From positions 22,756,001 through 22,816,000 of the forward strand of contig CM059433.1 in assembly GCA_030390025.1 (NCBI GenBank): a stretch of DNA of 60,000 nt, read 5' to 3'. The DNA comes from Squalus acanthias (lineage: Eukaryota). Below, piece by piece: positions 23,020 to 35,936 of the stretch; within the stretch, counting starts at the first letter, position 1; each line of letters starts with the position of its first letter. The position numbers were made by a program, and so were the translations under genes. Below the pieces are notes generated by a model. It had not been told where the DNA came from. It did not search any database and saw only the letters and a program-made list of their open reading frames with translations.

Positions 23020-25365
23020 TTAGAATTACATAGAATCGACAGCATAAAAACAGGCCATTCAGCCTAAGTGATCTATACGGTGTTTATACACCACACAAGC
23101 CTCCTTCTACTCTAATTACCTCTTCCACCATGCCCCACTATCCCTCTATACCCTTTTACCTCGTGTATGCATCAAGCCTCCTCTTAAAAGCATCAATGCT
23201 CTCTGCTTCAACTACTATCTGGCATAGGGGGGAATTTTTCGGGGGGTCAGTGGCGCGTTTGGTGAGAACATTTTTTTTTGACAGCAGGCAGGGACCCCGC
23301 TATCAACGCGCCGCCACGCTAGTTTTCCAGATGTCGGGTCTGTCATCGCTGAACAGTCCCGACACCAAGCGGCGGGGGAGGCAATTTAGATTATTAAGAG
23401 CTTGTTAACAGGCACTTAAAAACTATTTTAAGCTCACCTATAGATTTTAAGAGTTCGCCCACAGCTTTCCCCGCTGCTCGGGGATCACGTCAGGTAAGGA
23501 GGTCGGGAGTTGTGTCAGCATGGGATGGTTTCTTAGCTTGACAGCTGCAAATATTCTATAAAAGCTCCCATTTCATAGCTGTTCACTTTCCAAGGTTAGA
23601 ATCTGTTGCTTACTGCATTTGGAAGACAGATTGAGCTTTATGCAGCTTGCAAGTGTTTGCAGCAATCTCTCTATCCAGTGTCACCTCATTGGAACAACCT
23701 CTCACCACTGACAGATCGCTTCTGTCATCTAAAGTTCACCTGCCATCTATTCCATCAGCATCGGTGCCCTTGAAACTACCTCACCTTGGTCCTCAGAATC
23801 CCACCATGATCAAACCCAACACCAGCAGCACCAGGCACACCAGCAGCACCAACAACAACACCAACCTTCTCCGCATGTGCACAGGACATAGGGCATCAAC
23901 ACCCAACCACATTGCTGCCCGGGATGCCAGGGATGTCTTCACCATAGCCAGATTTACTTCACTTGACGCTGTACACCCTGGCTGCCACATGATGCGCCAG
24001 GTTGGCACCACCCTACACCAACACCATAAAGCATCCCTACAATGCCCAAGCCATTCCTTTCACACTCATCGCCATTGCGGGGGGTACTGTTATGTCTCAC
24101 CATTCACTGCAACTCACTAAGCCACTTCCAAAGGTGCACACAAATCTGTCCAAGAATGCAAAGTGTTGAAAATAATGATTTCTATGTTTGTCAGCACATT
24201 AACAGAAACGTCACATGAACATTGGCTAAAACACCCACGTGCCTACCCGTTTGTGTTGTTAGTTGGTATGATTGGACTAGGATGAGGCTGAGTGTGAGGG
24301 GTGGCTAGTGAGATGGGGAAGTGATAATGTAGATAGGGATGGGTGGAGGTGCAAGGTAAGTTGGTGCGAGTAAGGATGTGCAGGAGTAGGGTAGGGAAGG
24401 CAGAGTGATGGGGATGTGATGAGTGGCACAGCAAGATGAGGTTGAGTGTGGCTTTGCAGTAACATTTTGTGATCTACTGAGATCATTGAAAGGTTTGTGC
24501 CACTGCAGCCTGGTCCTCCTAACGACATCCCTGCTTGTGTCCTCCTATGCAATGTGCATCCAGGCTGCGTTGATCTCCTGGGGAGGTCTCTTCTGTCCAT
24601 GTGAAGGGAAGAGGACCTCCCTGCGTACTGCGTCATGGGAGAGCCTGGGTGCAGCCGTGCACCTCTGTGTAGTGCTTGTCAGTGTTTGCAGCACCTCAAT
24701 GCTGTAGAACACTGACAGCACAACCGTCAAAATAAATTTGCGCATGGTCCCTTTAAGGAAACCGGCTGACGACGTGTCATCAAGTGACGTCATCAGACCC
24801 GCTTCCTTCAATTGGCCGGGAAACGCACTGGGCGGGCTTAGCAAGCCCAATCAGCGTAAGATCACTTTGGACAGCAGGCTGGAGCCAGCAGCGGGGTCGC
24901 ACCCCACCACCGGCCCCAGCCGCACTGGACCCGCCGAGGTAGGCGAAATCGCGGACAGAGAGTTCCACATTCTCACACTCTGGGGGGACTTTTGACTTTG
25001 GGTGATAGTGTAAAATGGACGCTATCGATTCAGCCGCCCATTGTACATCTCTCCCGATTATCCTTTCTATTGAAGTCTGTGTAAAGAAATACCTCCTAAA
25101 TTCTTTATTTGATCCGTTAGTGGCTATCTTATCTTAATGCCCCATTGTTCTGGACTCTCACACAAGTGGAAACAGTTTGTATACATCCACCCGATAGAAT
25201 CCTTCATAATTTAAAGACCAATATTAGGTTTCCTCTTTGTCTTCTCTTTTCCAGAGAAAAGAACCCCAGCCTGCTCAATCTTTCCCGATAGTTGTATCCT
25301 CTTAAATTCAGGTAACGTCCTTGGAAAGCTTTTCTGACCTTTCTCCAGTGCTTCAATATCCTTTG
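23020..25365 (-). mobile_element. Decayed CR1 3' fragment split by a Harbinger derivative
   Basis: CR1 3' UTR at 23020-23226; ORF2 C-terminal remnants at 24958-24980 and 25078-25365. Confidence 0.65.
23227..24957. mobile_element. Harbinger-derived element with a degenerate Myb/SANT exon
   Basis: Starts GGGGGAATTTT; minus strand ~24460-24670 reads AVRREVLFP...AAWMHIA*...RRTRLQWHKPFNDL. Confidence 0.7.
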
Positions 25366-25872
25366 AAAGGAGACTTTTTAAAGCCTACTTTACTAACCAG
25401 TTCCCCTTTCAAATTGCATTTTTATTATAGTAAACCATTTAAGCAGCCAATTAATATAATGCATTATAACATTAGAATACTTCAGCTCAGGAGAATGGCA
25501 GTGAAGGAAAATGCCTTTACCAGTTGTTCCCTAGGGCAGAATGCTATTTCTCTTTATTTCACATTACTGTTTAAAAACTGTCCACTGCTTCCAAAGAGAC
25601 AGGACTTTGTTCTGTAGGTCTTTGTGCCTTTCCAGTCAGATTAAGAAGCACTGCTAAAGGAGGTAACAATTGGAGACATTAAAAAGTGTACATAAAATTG
25701 AATAGGACAGTGTATCACATCCTAACGGCAATTTGTTCATTCCTGTATGTATAATTCTAGCCAGCTAGAGAATTGCATATGTCCAACAGCACCTAAAGTG
25801 TTTTAATGTTTTTTTTTGTACTGGATGTCTTCAGAAAGACTCAAGCTAAACCTACCATTTCTATAATACTTT

Positions 25873-26620
25873 GGGCGTGAAATTCGGCTGCTTTGCACCT
25901 GCCGTTAGCGCCTCCATGGGGCGCTAGCGGGGCGCAAATGGGTTTTCACCCGGGTGCGGCGAAATTAGCACCCCGCGCTAAATTGGGCCGGGTTTTTGCG
26001 AAGGCGCTAAGAGTTAGCGCCCCGCTCCTGTAGGTACCGCCCCGCTCGGCTGCGCCCAGCAATGACAACGTCATCGCCGTGCACTGTGCCCCGTTAGCAC
26101 CCTGAATGCAAAATTTGGCCGTGCCCCTCACTTACCGCCTGGCGCTAACAACGACAGCATTAGCTGTCGAGTTACAGTCGGGAGTCGGCTCCGCGCGCGC
26201 TATTTAAAGGCACCATCTTGGGGAAACTTTTTTGTCGGCCATAACTCTGCTGAGACATTGTCAGACAAGCTGCTGAACATATCGCTGTGATTTTAGTTCC
26301 AGGGGCTCCCTTGCAGCAGCCATGGCACAGAGCTGTCTCAGTAGCTGAGAGGTCGCACTCAAGAGCAGCAATGCTGATAATGAGCAGCTGCAGCTTGAAA
26401 TGACCTCCCCTTTAAGAGCTGGAATAAGCTCGAGTCAAGGCTTGAAGGCTGATTGCTGAACGCAAGTCTGCTGAAATTGGGTAGCGCTCTGGCAATAGCG
26501 CCCCTGCAGCGCTTCCACTGAGACCATTAGCGCCTCATTTACCGCTCCGCTTCACTCCTGGGGCGAAAAACACCCAGTTTTGCAACATTTTTCAATGGAT
26601 TTCGCCGGGCACTAACTTTT
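25873..26620. mobile_element. Harbinger-type MITE related to the 9289 family
   Basis: Starts GGGCGTGAAATTCGG; repeated TTAGCGCC/GGCGCTAA subterminal motifs; right end eroded. Confidence 0.65.
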
Positions 26621-27349
26621 CCAAAAGTTAAACTCATCTAGAAATCTGAAACAATTCTTCCTATGTGTGCTTAAGTTCTAAATAACTAATATATTGAAAT
26701 GAATTATTTATGGGCATCTTTGTGAAAATATATTTTGCAAACATGTTTATTGAAGGAGATAGTCAGAAGTCGGTATGTTATAATCACTTCATATTTTGAT
26801 AGAATGGACATCAATATGTCATGTAGTTGTAAGCAAATGAAAATTTAAAAAAGATGTTTTACTAACAGTGCTCCTTTAACAGCTTTCCATTCAGAATTAT
26901 CATGCAGGTAGGTTTGTGCCTGTGTGCTGAAAGCGAGTAGAGCAAGATGACGTAGATGGTTTACTCTGAGGAGCTGCTGTTTCAGATGGAGATGCTAATA
27001 GGTTACCTGGGCAAAGCTGTCAGTGACAGCTGCAATAGAATCTGGGCAGTGAATCGGGTGAAGCTAGCAACAAGATATCTCAGATTAGAATTACAAGCAC
27101 TGGGAATGAACCCAATATATCTCATTGTCCATCAAACGACAATTTGGGATATTTTGTGACCCACCGCTTACTTAATTTCAAAAGACTTGGCAAGGCACTG
27201 ATGCTTATCATACCAGCCACTCAAATGAAGCACACATTAAACAAAATAAGCAAGGTCCAGTGGGTGTTTGAATATATTTTGAAATAAAATTGCAGTATAG
27301 CTGTGCCAGTGCAATAAATGTCAGATGCATGGGTGGGACATTTTATTTA

Positions 27350-28137
27350 TGGCCCAAATTCTCCTGTCAAAATAATGGCGAGGCTAATGGTGCTCATCGT
27401 TATTTAGGCACAAGTGCTACAGCAATTCAGGCGAGGGGCAGATGCACGGTTAAACTCCTATATCCAAAAGTTGCTGTCCGTCGCTCTGCCATTACCTTTG
27501 CGACAACAGTATCTCGCTGACTAGCTCACCATTGAAATGCATTGAACAGCGTGAAGTTGCTGTATTTGCGTGGTAGATACGAACTAAACTCGCCACAGAA
27601 TGTTAAGTCTTGTCTATTCCAGTCTAAGTATCCTTTTAACGATGTGATAACTACTAATTACTGCCAAACAACCTTTCTTGCACTGAAAATGAACTACTAC
27701 AAGTGTGGAGTCTTATTCCTTCAGGTTTTAATTGTTGTTGGAGATTTTAAAAGTGTAACATTTTTAATTTTTAATATTTTTTTCTTACTTTTCCTTTCTG
27801 TCTCTTTTTTCTCTCTCTCTTAATCCGAGCATTCTTTCCCTCTCTTTTTCTCTTTCTCTACCTGATTTGACATTGAATTCACCCACTCTAATTTTCACTT
27901 CCTTCTCAGTACTTGCGCTGTTATTTTCACAATTCTTCAATCTCATTGGCTAAGGAGATACCCTGTTGCTGGCCCTGTTCACCAAGGTCCCAGATGCCCA
28001 GTTTCCCTCGCTGTGACATTATCAGCTCACACTTTCAGCAACTTGCCACGCAAAGAATGAGAAAACCTAAACGTTCAAGGACAGGTCTAACTAACAGCCG
28101 ACAACGTTAGATGCCCTGCTACAGCAAATTATGGCCC
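27350..28137. mobile_element. Harbinger-type MITE
   Basis: Imperfect inverted ends GGCCCAAATTCTCCTG / CAGCAAATTATGGCCC. Confidence 0.55.
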
Positions 28138-28631
28138 AAGATGTTTCAGGTTCATACACACTCAAAAAAGGAATTTTTGATGCAAATGGAAGAAATTGTA
28201 CAATTCTGGTCACTGCATTTTGAGAAATTTATCTTGACATTGGAAAGGGTGCGGCAAAGGGAAATTAAACTGCTAGCGTAGGTCCTCCTGATCTTAACGG
28301 CAAGACCTTATTAACCTTATCTTGTAGCTTCACCTCCAGCCCAGGAACCTGCCAAATGGACATCCTGACCGGTGGGTGGGAGGCAACACAAGCGGCAGGA
28401 GACCACAGCCGGGGACCCTTGAGTACGGACCCCGGCAATCGGGGTGGGGAAGGTCGGCATTCTGGAGGGCTGATGAGTGGTCGGCACTAGTAAGGAAGCT
28501 CCAGTCGACAATCAGGAAGAGGGAAGGCCTCCGATCGGGAAGGCTGAGAGACTGAGGGAAGTGGTGGGCTGGAGATCTGGGCTGGGGGAGGGCGAAGGCG
28601 TCCTGGAGGCGACTGAGGGGTACACTCCTGC

Positions 28632-29092
28632 TGTGTCAGCTGTGGCTCAGTGGGTAGCACACTCGCCTCTGAGTCAGAAGGTTGTGGGTTCAAGTCCCAC
28701 TCATGGGACTTGAGCACACAAAGCTAGGCTGACACTCCAGTGCAGTGCTGAGGGAGTGCTGCACTGTCGGAGGTGCCGTCTTTCAGATGAGACGTTAAAC
28801 CGAGGCCCCGTCTGCTCTCTCAGGTGGACGTAAAAGATCCCATGGCGCTATTTCGAAGAAGAGCGAGGGAGTTCTCCCCGGTATCCTGGCCAATATTTAT
28901 CCCTCAACCAACATTAAAAAAACAGATTATCTGGTCATTAGCACATTGCTGTTTGTGGGACCTTGCTGTGCGCAAATTGGCTGCCGCGTTTCCCACATTA
29001 CAACAGTGACTCCACTTCATTGGCTGTAAAGTGCTTTGAGACGTCCGGTGGTCATGAAAGGAGCTATATAAAATGCAAGTCTTTCTTTCTTT
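28632..29092 (+). mobile_element. tRNA-derived Deu-domain SINE (SacSINE1-like)
   Basis: A box TGGCTCAGTGGG, B box GGTTCAAGTCCC, Deu core GACGTTAAACCGAGG...AAAGATCCCATGGC, L2-like GCTATATAAAATGCAAGT tail then (CTTT)n. Confidence 0.92.
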
Positions 29093-29445
29093 CCTCCTGG
29101 CCCACAAGGAGTGCTGACAGAGCCACTTGGCTTGTGGAGTTGGCAGCTCCCAACTCCCTTTCACTGCTGGGTTTTCCGAAACCCTGGGAAACCTGTACAG
29201 CAGCAGTCAATTTCAAATCAGGCCATTAAGTGCACTGTGGGTGCCCGATTTAAATATGTTAATAAGCGTTCCGCCTCTCCATGGCGGGACACTCAGATGC
29301 CTCAATATCCACCGCTGTAAAAATGGCGGCGGGCACGTGCACAGCGAGTTGTGTACGGGTTCCGTGAATTTCACTTTTTTAGGCCCCCCTGACCCTCTCC
29401 TGCCCGTCGTGGGGTGGGGAGTGGTGGTTAATATTGAAGCCATTG

Positions 29446-30155
29446 GGGGGAAAATTCGTTAGCGACCATTTTGGGTCGCTAACATCGCCTGGGTTTAGCG
29501 CCCGGTGAAAAGTAGCGCCGGCGATCGCTAAATTCCGTTTTAGCGCCCCCAAGAGGGAGGTGGAGCGCTAATTCAAGCACTCCACTTCCTTTTTCGAACG
29601 ATAACCCCGAATATCGGGCCGTGCGTTCTGCAGCGCTGGGCCACGTAGCGCTGCTGCATGGAAGGGCTCTTCCCCTCATTAAAGGGAAGTGCCCAAGCCC
29701 ACAACTCTGGGGGGCCCTACCTGGACCGCCGGGGAGTGGGGTGCCATGCCAGCAGCCCGGCACTCAAGAGGAGCCAGATCGTGGCACGGACCCCGTGTTG
29801 AAAGACGCAACGGGCCGCGACAAGTAAGTCGGCCGATTTGTTTTCCCCCCGCCCACCACCTTCCCTTTACTTACTGCCCCGTGAGCCTCCTGCCGCTCCG
29901 ATCCTGTCCCCCGAATCAGTCGCTGTCATCGCCCAGCGCAGATTCAGGGGGCACGGGCCAATTTTTCAGGTGGGGCGAAAACAGGGCGCTGCGCACGGTG
30001 ATGACGTCGTCATCACCGGCGCAATAGAGCGGGGCACTACCGGTTACCGCCGCCGCTAAACTCCCGCTGAATTTAGCAGCACCACACCCGGGCAAAAAGT
30101 CATTTGCCCCCCGGAGGCACTAACAGGAGGCGCAAATGCACTGAATTTCTACCCC
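29446..30155. mobile_element. Harbinger-type MITE
   Basis: TIRs GGGGGAAAATTC / GAATTTCTACCCC; TAGCGCC motifs; TSD ATT/GTT with one mismatch. Confidence 0.75.
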
Positions 30156-30214
30156 GTTATGTTTAACACAGTCACAAAATAAGCAATAAAAAAGGTAAAC
30201 CTCAAACTTAGTTA

Positions 30215-30625
30215 GGGGAGGTGAAAAGACAGTTTAGATTTAACTACTTCACGTAGAGGGTGGTGAATGCATGGAATGGACTGCCAAGGGAGGCAGTGGA
30301 GGCTGATTGTATGAGAAAATTTCAAAGAGAGTTGGATACATTCCTAGAGAAAAGAATTGATTGGCCATTTAAGATTGAGTTGCGGAGGAATTTCTTCACG
30401 CAGAGGGCTGTGAATCTTTGGAATTCTCTAGCCCAAAGTGCTGTGGATGGTGAATCGTTGAGTGTATTCAAGGCTGAAATAGATAGATTTTTGGACTCTA
30501 AGGGAATCAAGGGATCTGGAGATCGGGCGGGAAAGTGGAGTTGATGTCAAAGATCAGCCATGATCTTATTGCATGGTGGAGCAGGCTTGAGGGGCTGTCT
30601 GGCCTACTCCTGCTCCTAATCCTTA
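30215..30625 (+). mobile_element. Two adjacent CR1 3' fragments
   Basis: RVVNAWNGLP followed by RNFFTQRAVNLWNSL and the CR1 3' UTR. Confidence 0.8.
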
Positions 30626-30985
30626 TTTTTTTTTTTAATTTGTTTATGGGATGTGGGCGTTGCTGGCAAGGCCAGCATTTATTGCCCATCCCTAATTGCC
30701 CTTGAGAAGGTGGTGGTGAGCCGCCTTCTTGAACTGCTGCAGTCCGTGCGTTGAAGGTACTCCCACAGTGCTGTTAGGCAGGGAGTTCGAGGATTGTGAC
30801 CCAGCGACGATGAAGGAACGGTGATATATTTCCAAGTCAGCATGGTGTGTGACTTAGAGGGGAACCTGGAGGTGGTGGTGTTCCCATGCGCCTGCTGCCT
30901 TTGTCCTCCTAGGTGGTAGAAGTTGCGGGTTTGAGAGGTGTTGCCGAAGAAGCCTTGGCGAGTTGCTGCAGTGCACCTTGTAGGC
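30626..30985 (-). mobile_element. 3' fragment of the 3228-6450 LINE family
   Basis: Reverse complement of the sequence at ~6100-6450, with poly-A. Confidence 0.88.
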
Positions 30986-31784
30986 TCCCCCATGGCTACT
31001 TAGTCATGATATCAAAGGCTGCTAAGGCCTTTGGAATCATACTCAAGTCCTTTTTAGGAGAGGAGAGATAAGGGGAGAACATCAAAGGGAAATTAGAGAG
31101 AATGAGGTAAATACGTTCAAAATATATAATAAATTCTTGTGATGCAAGGAGTACCTCAAGGTGAAAGGTAAAACTTAATAAATAAAAGGTTAACTTTGAT
31201 AAATAACATCTTTGCAATATGGAGCAAAGACAGATAAATAGAGTTGAGGTACAGATCAGTCATGATCTAATTGAATGGCGGAACAGTCTCGAGGGGCTGA
31301 ATGACCCACTCCTTTTCCTATATGCCTACGATTCCTATGTGTTTATCAATTAACTTGGCAAATCAATTATTAAAATGCAGTATTTAGGTTTTGGAATGAT
31401 GGCTAAATATAATTAATTAGTGAAGTTACTTTGAAAGTGCATGACAAATACGCTTGGTTTTAAACAAAAAGTACCCTTCCTGGCATCCTTTCTGTAAAAG
31501 TTTGCACCCCTCCTCAAAAAACCAATAATGGTTCTGTGATGATTGACCATCCAGCTAAGTATGTTTGTCCATAAGAATGTTGAGCAGACATAATATCAAT
31601 TCTACTAAGAAATAAGATGCAACGTATTGATCAAATGGGTCGGATTTTAAAAATCCAATCAATGTGTTTCAAGTTGGATGATGTGAACATTCTTTAAAAG
31701 AATCCTGTATCCAATATTATTACAAAGTTTCTGCAGATACTTTTTATGAAACTTTCACAATGTCAAATGTTCCTTTAGCAAGAA

Positions 31785-33630
31785 AAAACAACAACAATTT
31801 ATTTATATAGTGCCTTTAACATAGTAAAACATCCCAAGGCACTTCACAGGAGCGTTACCAAACAAAATTTGACACTGAGCCATAAAAGGAGCTATTAGGA
31901 CAGTTAACCAAAAGCTTGTTCAAAGAAGTAGGTTTTAAGGAGTGTCTTAAAGGAGGAAAGAGAGGTAGAGAGGCAGAGAAGTTCAGGGAAGGAATTCCGG
32001 AGCTTAGGGCCTAGGCAGCTGAAGGCATGGCCGCCAATGGTGGAGCGATTAAAATCAGGGATGTTCAAAAAGCCAGAATTGGAGGAGCGCAGAGATCTCA
32101 GAGGGTTGTAGGGCTGGGGGAGGTTACAGAGATAGGGAGGGGTGAGTCCATGGAGGGATTTGAAAACAAGGATGAGAAATTTTATAATCAAGGCCTTGCC
32201 GGACTGGGAGTCAATGTAGGTCAGCGAGCACAGGGCTGAACGGGACATGAGTGAGTTAGGATATGGGCAGCTCATGTTTATGGACAGTCGAAGGTGCCAG
32301 GATAACATTGGAATAGTCAAGTCTAGAGGTAACAAAGGCATGGATGAGGGCTTCAGCAGCAGATGTGCTGAGGCAGGGACAGAGACAGGCGATGTTATGG
32401 AGGTGGAAGTAGGTGGTCTTGGTGATGGCGAGGATATGGGGTCGGAAGCTCAGCATAGGGTCAAATAGGACACCAAGGTTGCGAACAGTCTGATTCAGCC
32501 CCACACAGTGGCCAGGGAGAAGGATGGAGTCGGTGGCTAGGGAACGGAGTTTGTGGCGGGGACTGAAGACAATGGCTTCGGTCTTCACAATATTTAATTG
32601 GAGGAAATTTCTGCCCATCCAATACTGGATGTCAGACAAGCAGCGTGACACATCTGAGGCAGTAGAGGCTTCGAGAGAGGTGGTGGTGAGGTAGAGCTGA
32701 GTGTCATCAGCGTACATGTAGAACCTGATGTTGTGTTTTCAGGTGATATTGCTGAGGTGCAACATCTAGATGAGAAATAGGACAGGGCCAAGGGTAGATT
32801 ATTGGGGGACTCCAGAGGTAACAGTGCAGGAGCGGGAAGAGAAGCCTTTGCAGGTTATTCTCTGCCTACGACTGGATAGATAAGAATGGAATCAGGTGAG
32901 GGCAGTCACACCCAGCTAGACAATGGAGGATAGGCATTGGAGGAGGATGGTATGGTTAACCGTGTCAAAGGCTGGAGACAGGTCAAGAAGGATGAGCAGG
33001 AATAGTTTACCACAGTCACAGTCACATAGGATGTCATTTGAGACTTTGGTAAGGGCTGTTTCAGTGCTGTGGCGATGTGGAAACCTGATTGGAGGGGTTG
33101 CAGGAAAGATTGGCACGGATTTGGGAGGCAACAACACGTTCAAGAACTTTGGAGCAGAAAGGGAGGTTGGCGATGGGGCAGTAGTTGGCAATAGTAGAGA
33201 GGTCAAGGGCGGGATTTTTGAAGGGGGGTGATGATGGCAGATTTGAAGGGGCGGGGGATAGTACCTGAGGAGAGGGAACTGTTAACAATATCAGCTAACA
33301 TGGGGAAAAAGAAGGGAAGTTGTGTGGTCAGCAGTTTGGTGGGAATAGGATCGAGGGAATAGGAGGTGGGTCTCATGGACAAGATGAGCAAGGAGAGGGC
33401 CTGAGGGGAGATAGGAGAGAAACTAGAGAAAGACGCGAGTTCAGGGCTAGGGCAGGGGCGAACCTTGGGGGAAGTTTGGCCCGGTGGGCTAAGGGAATGG
33501 AGGGAAAATGGCAGAAGCAGCTGAACGGATGGTCTCAAACTGAGCGCCAAAAAGTCCATCAGCTCCTCGCGTTTGAGGTTGGAGGTGAGAGTGGAGGGGG
33601 CAGGGGAGAGCTATTTAAGAAGACGGTTTA
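31785..33630 (-). mobile_element. Decayed L2 LINE
   Basis: [30 protein letters not shown]2 tail at 31785-31815. Confidence 0.92.
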
Positions 33631-34989
33631 ACTTGGGATCAGTTATTTATCTATGTGCAAATAAGCTTCCCGTGATATGGTGAGGGGTGGGGGGGGAGCA
33701 TCCAATTTCTTCACAGTACTATATGCAACAAAACGGTATGGCCATTTATTAAGAGCAGTTTACGATTTTGCAACACGTATGGGCATAGAGCCTCGCGAGA
33801 TGAAGGTCACAGATTGGGCTTTAACACTACAGCCCCAATTCTCCAACTCATACTTGTCTCTAGCAAGGCTCCATGCTGGCAGTGGAGCTTTGTAATATTT
33901 TCCCATAGAGTACAGAGGAAATATCCATATACTATGTTTTATGTTTACCTTCTGTAAATTATATGACCCATATCCTTGTTCAGTATGAGCATCCATTTGA
34001 TACACTGTACAGGTAAGATTGCTTATTTTCTCTCTAAATGCATGAGAAAAATGCCAGAGGTACTCAATTTTACATTTGTATGCGTTTCCATGAATTCTAG
34101 TTTTCAATTCTCGTGATATTTTGGGATACTGCCATTTTTTTAAGTAAATTTTATTTAACCAACTCCTTTTTTAAAAAGTTTTCAATTAGGTTTGGTGCAA
34201 TCAATAAACATCTTTGTACCATTGATTGTGAGTGATAAAACAGAGATTTGAAGATGCATACATTTCTGAATATATTTAACATATAGAAAGAGGAAAAGAA
34301 TAAGAAATTGAATCCATTGCCTGCATTGTGTATCAAATGGACCTTAGTACTGAATGACGACGTGATAATTCAGAAGATTACAGAATAGCTCAATCGTCAA
34401 AAAGTAAGACAGAAAAAATAGACTAATAAATGTATCAAAGGGTTTTCTAGTACACAGATTTAAAACTGGGTGGTTTTCATACCAGACTGCACTTTGTTCG
34501 AGGAATGAAACACACGCCTTAACTCTCATTTCATAAAGATGAGTACAAAAAAAATTAAAATTACGATACTTAATAACTTATCACTCCACCACAAGTAACT
34601 ATGAGCTCTTTTCAGAATAAAAAGAGGATAAGTGTATGTCACAGACCTGTTTCCAAATATAGCTTCAATACACTGGCGTCTCAATTTTAATTTTGGGGAG
34701 TGTCAAATTTATCCATTTTAATAAAAATCTAAATTTTTAAGAAACTTAAAAAAGAATTTTTTAAAAAAAAAGTTTGTTCATCTTTATTTCAGGTTTACCT
34801 TTTCCCCACGTGAAAGCCCCAATCTTTGTTTTGCTCTCTATAACATTTTTTTAAAGTTAGATTCAAAGGAGCCTTTCACTTCCTGCTTCTCTGTCTGTGA
34901 GAATTCTGCATTGTGATTGGCTGCTTAGACAGCTTGTTGACATCACAGCCGCTGGCACTATGGGATCCCCACTATACTACGTTGATTTA

Positions 34990-35440
34990 GGAACATAGGA
35001 ACAGGAGGAGGCCATTGAGCCCCTCGAGCCTGCTCCACCATTCAATAAGATCATGGCTGATCTGCGCCCTAACTCCAGATACCTGCCTTTGCCCCATATC
35101 TCATAATACCTTTGGTTAACAGAAAGCTATCAATCTCCGATTTAAGATTAACAATTGATCTAGCATCAATTGCCGTTTGCGGAAGAGAGTTCCAAACTTC
35201 TACCACCCTTTGTGTCTCGAAGTGTTTCCTAATTTCACTCCTGAAAGGTCTGGCTCTAATATTTAGACTATGCCCCCTAGTCCTAGAATCCCCAACCAGT
35301 GGAAATAGTTTCTCTCTATCTACCCTATCTGTTCCCCTTAATATCTTGAAAACTTTGATCAGATCACCCCTTAACCTTCTAAATTCCAGGGAATACAACC
35401 CGAATTTGTGTAATCTCTCCTCTTAAGTCCGGGTATCATT
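34990..35440 (-). mobile_element. 5'-truncated CR1 LINE
   Basis: YSLEFRRLRGDLIKVFKIL...RVVEVWNSLP; 3' tail CCTGTTCCTATGTTCC. Confidence 0.9.
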
Positions 35441-35936
35441 CCGAGTCCGGGAATCATTCCGAGTCCGCGTATCATTCCGAGTCCAGGTATCATTCCGAGT
35501 CCGGGTATCATTCCGAGTCCGGGTATCATTCGGAGTCCGGGAATCATTCCGAGTCCGGGTATCATTCTGACATTCCGAGTCCGGGTATCATTCCGAGTCC
35601 GGGTATCATTCCGAGTGCGGGTATCATTCCGAGTCCGGGTATCATTCCGAGTCCGCGTATCATTCCGAGTCCGGGAATCATTCCGAGTCCGGGTATCATT
35701 CCGAGTCCGGGAATCATTCTAAGTCCGGGAATCATTCTGAGTCCGGGTATCATTCCGAGTCCGGGTATCATTCTGAGTCCGGGAATCATTCCGAGTCCGG
35801 GTATCATTCCGAGTCCGCGTATCATTCCGAATCCGCGTATCATTCCGAGTCCGGGTATCATTCCGAGTCCGGGAATCATTCCGAGTCCAGGAATCATTCC
35901 GAGTCCGGGTATCATTCCGAGTCCGTGTATCATTCT
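35426..35936. repeat. 18-bp minisatellite (GAGTCCGGGTATCATTCC), ~28 copies
   Basis: Highly homogeneous units; translates as (MIPGLG)n on the minus strand, contiguous with the CR1 fragment. Confidence 0.95.

Noticed and set aside
28632..28712. tRNA gene
   Set aside because: A and B boxes belong to a SINE head continuing into a Deu core and L2-like tail.
35426..35936. CRISPR-like array or (MIPGLG)n protein gene
   Set aside because: Head-to-tail repeats without spacers, derived from CR1; no cas genes; eukaryotic context.
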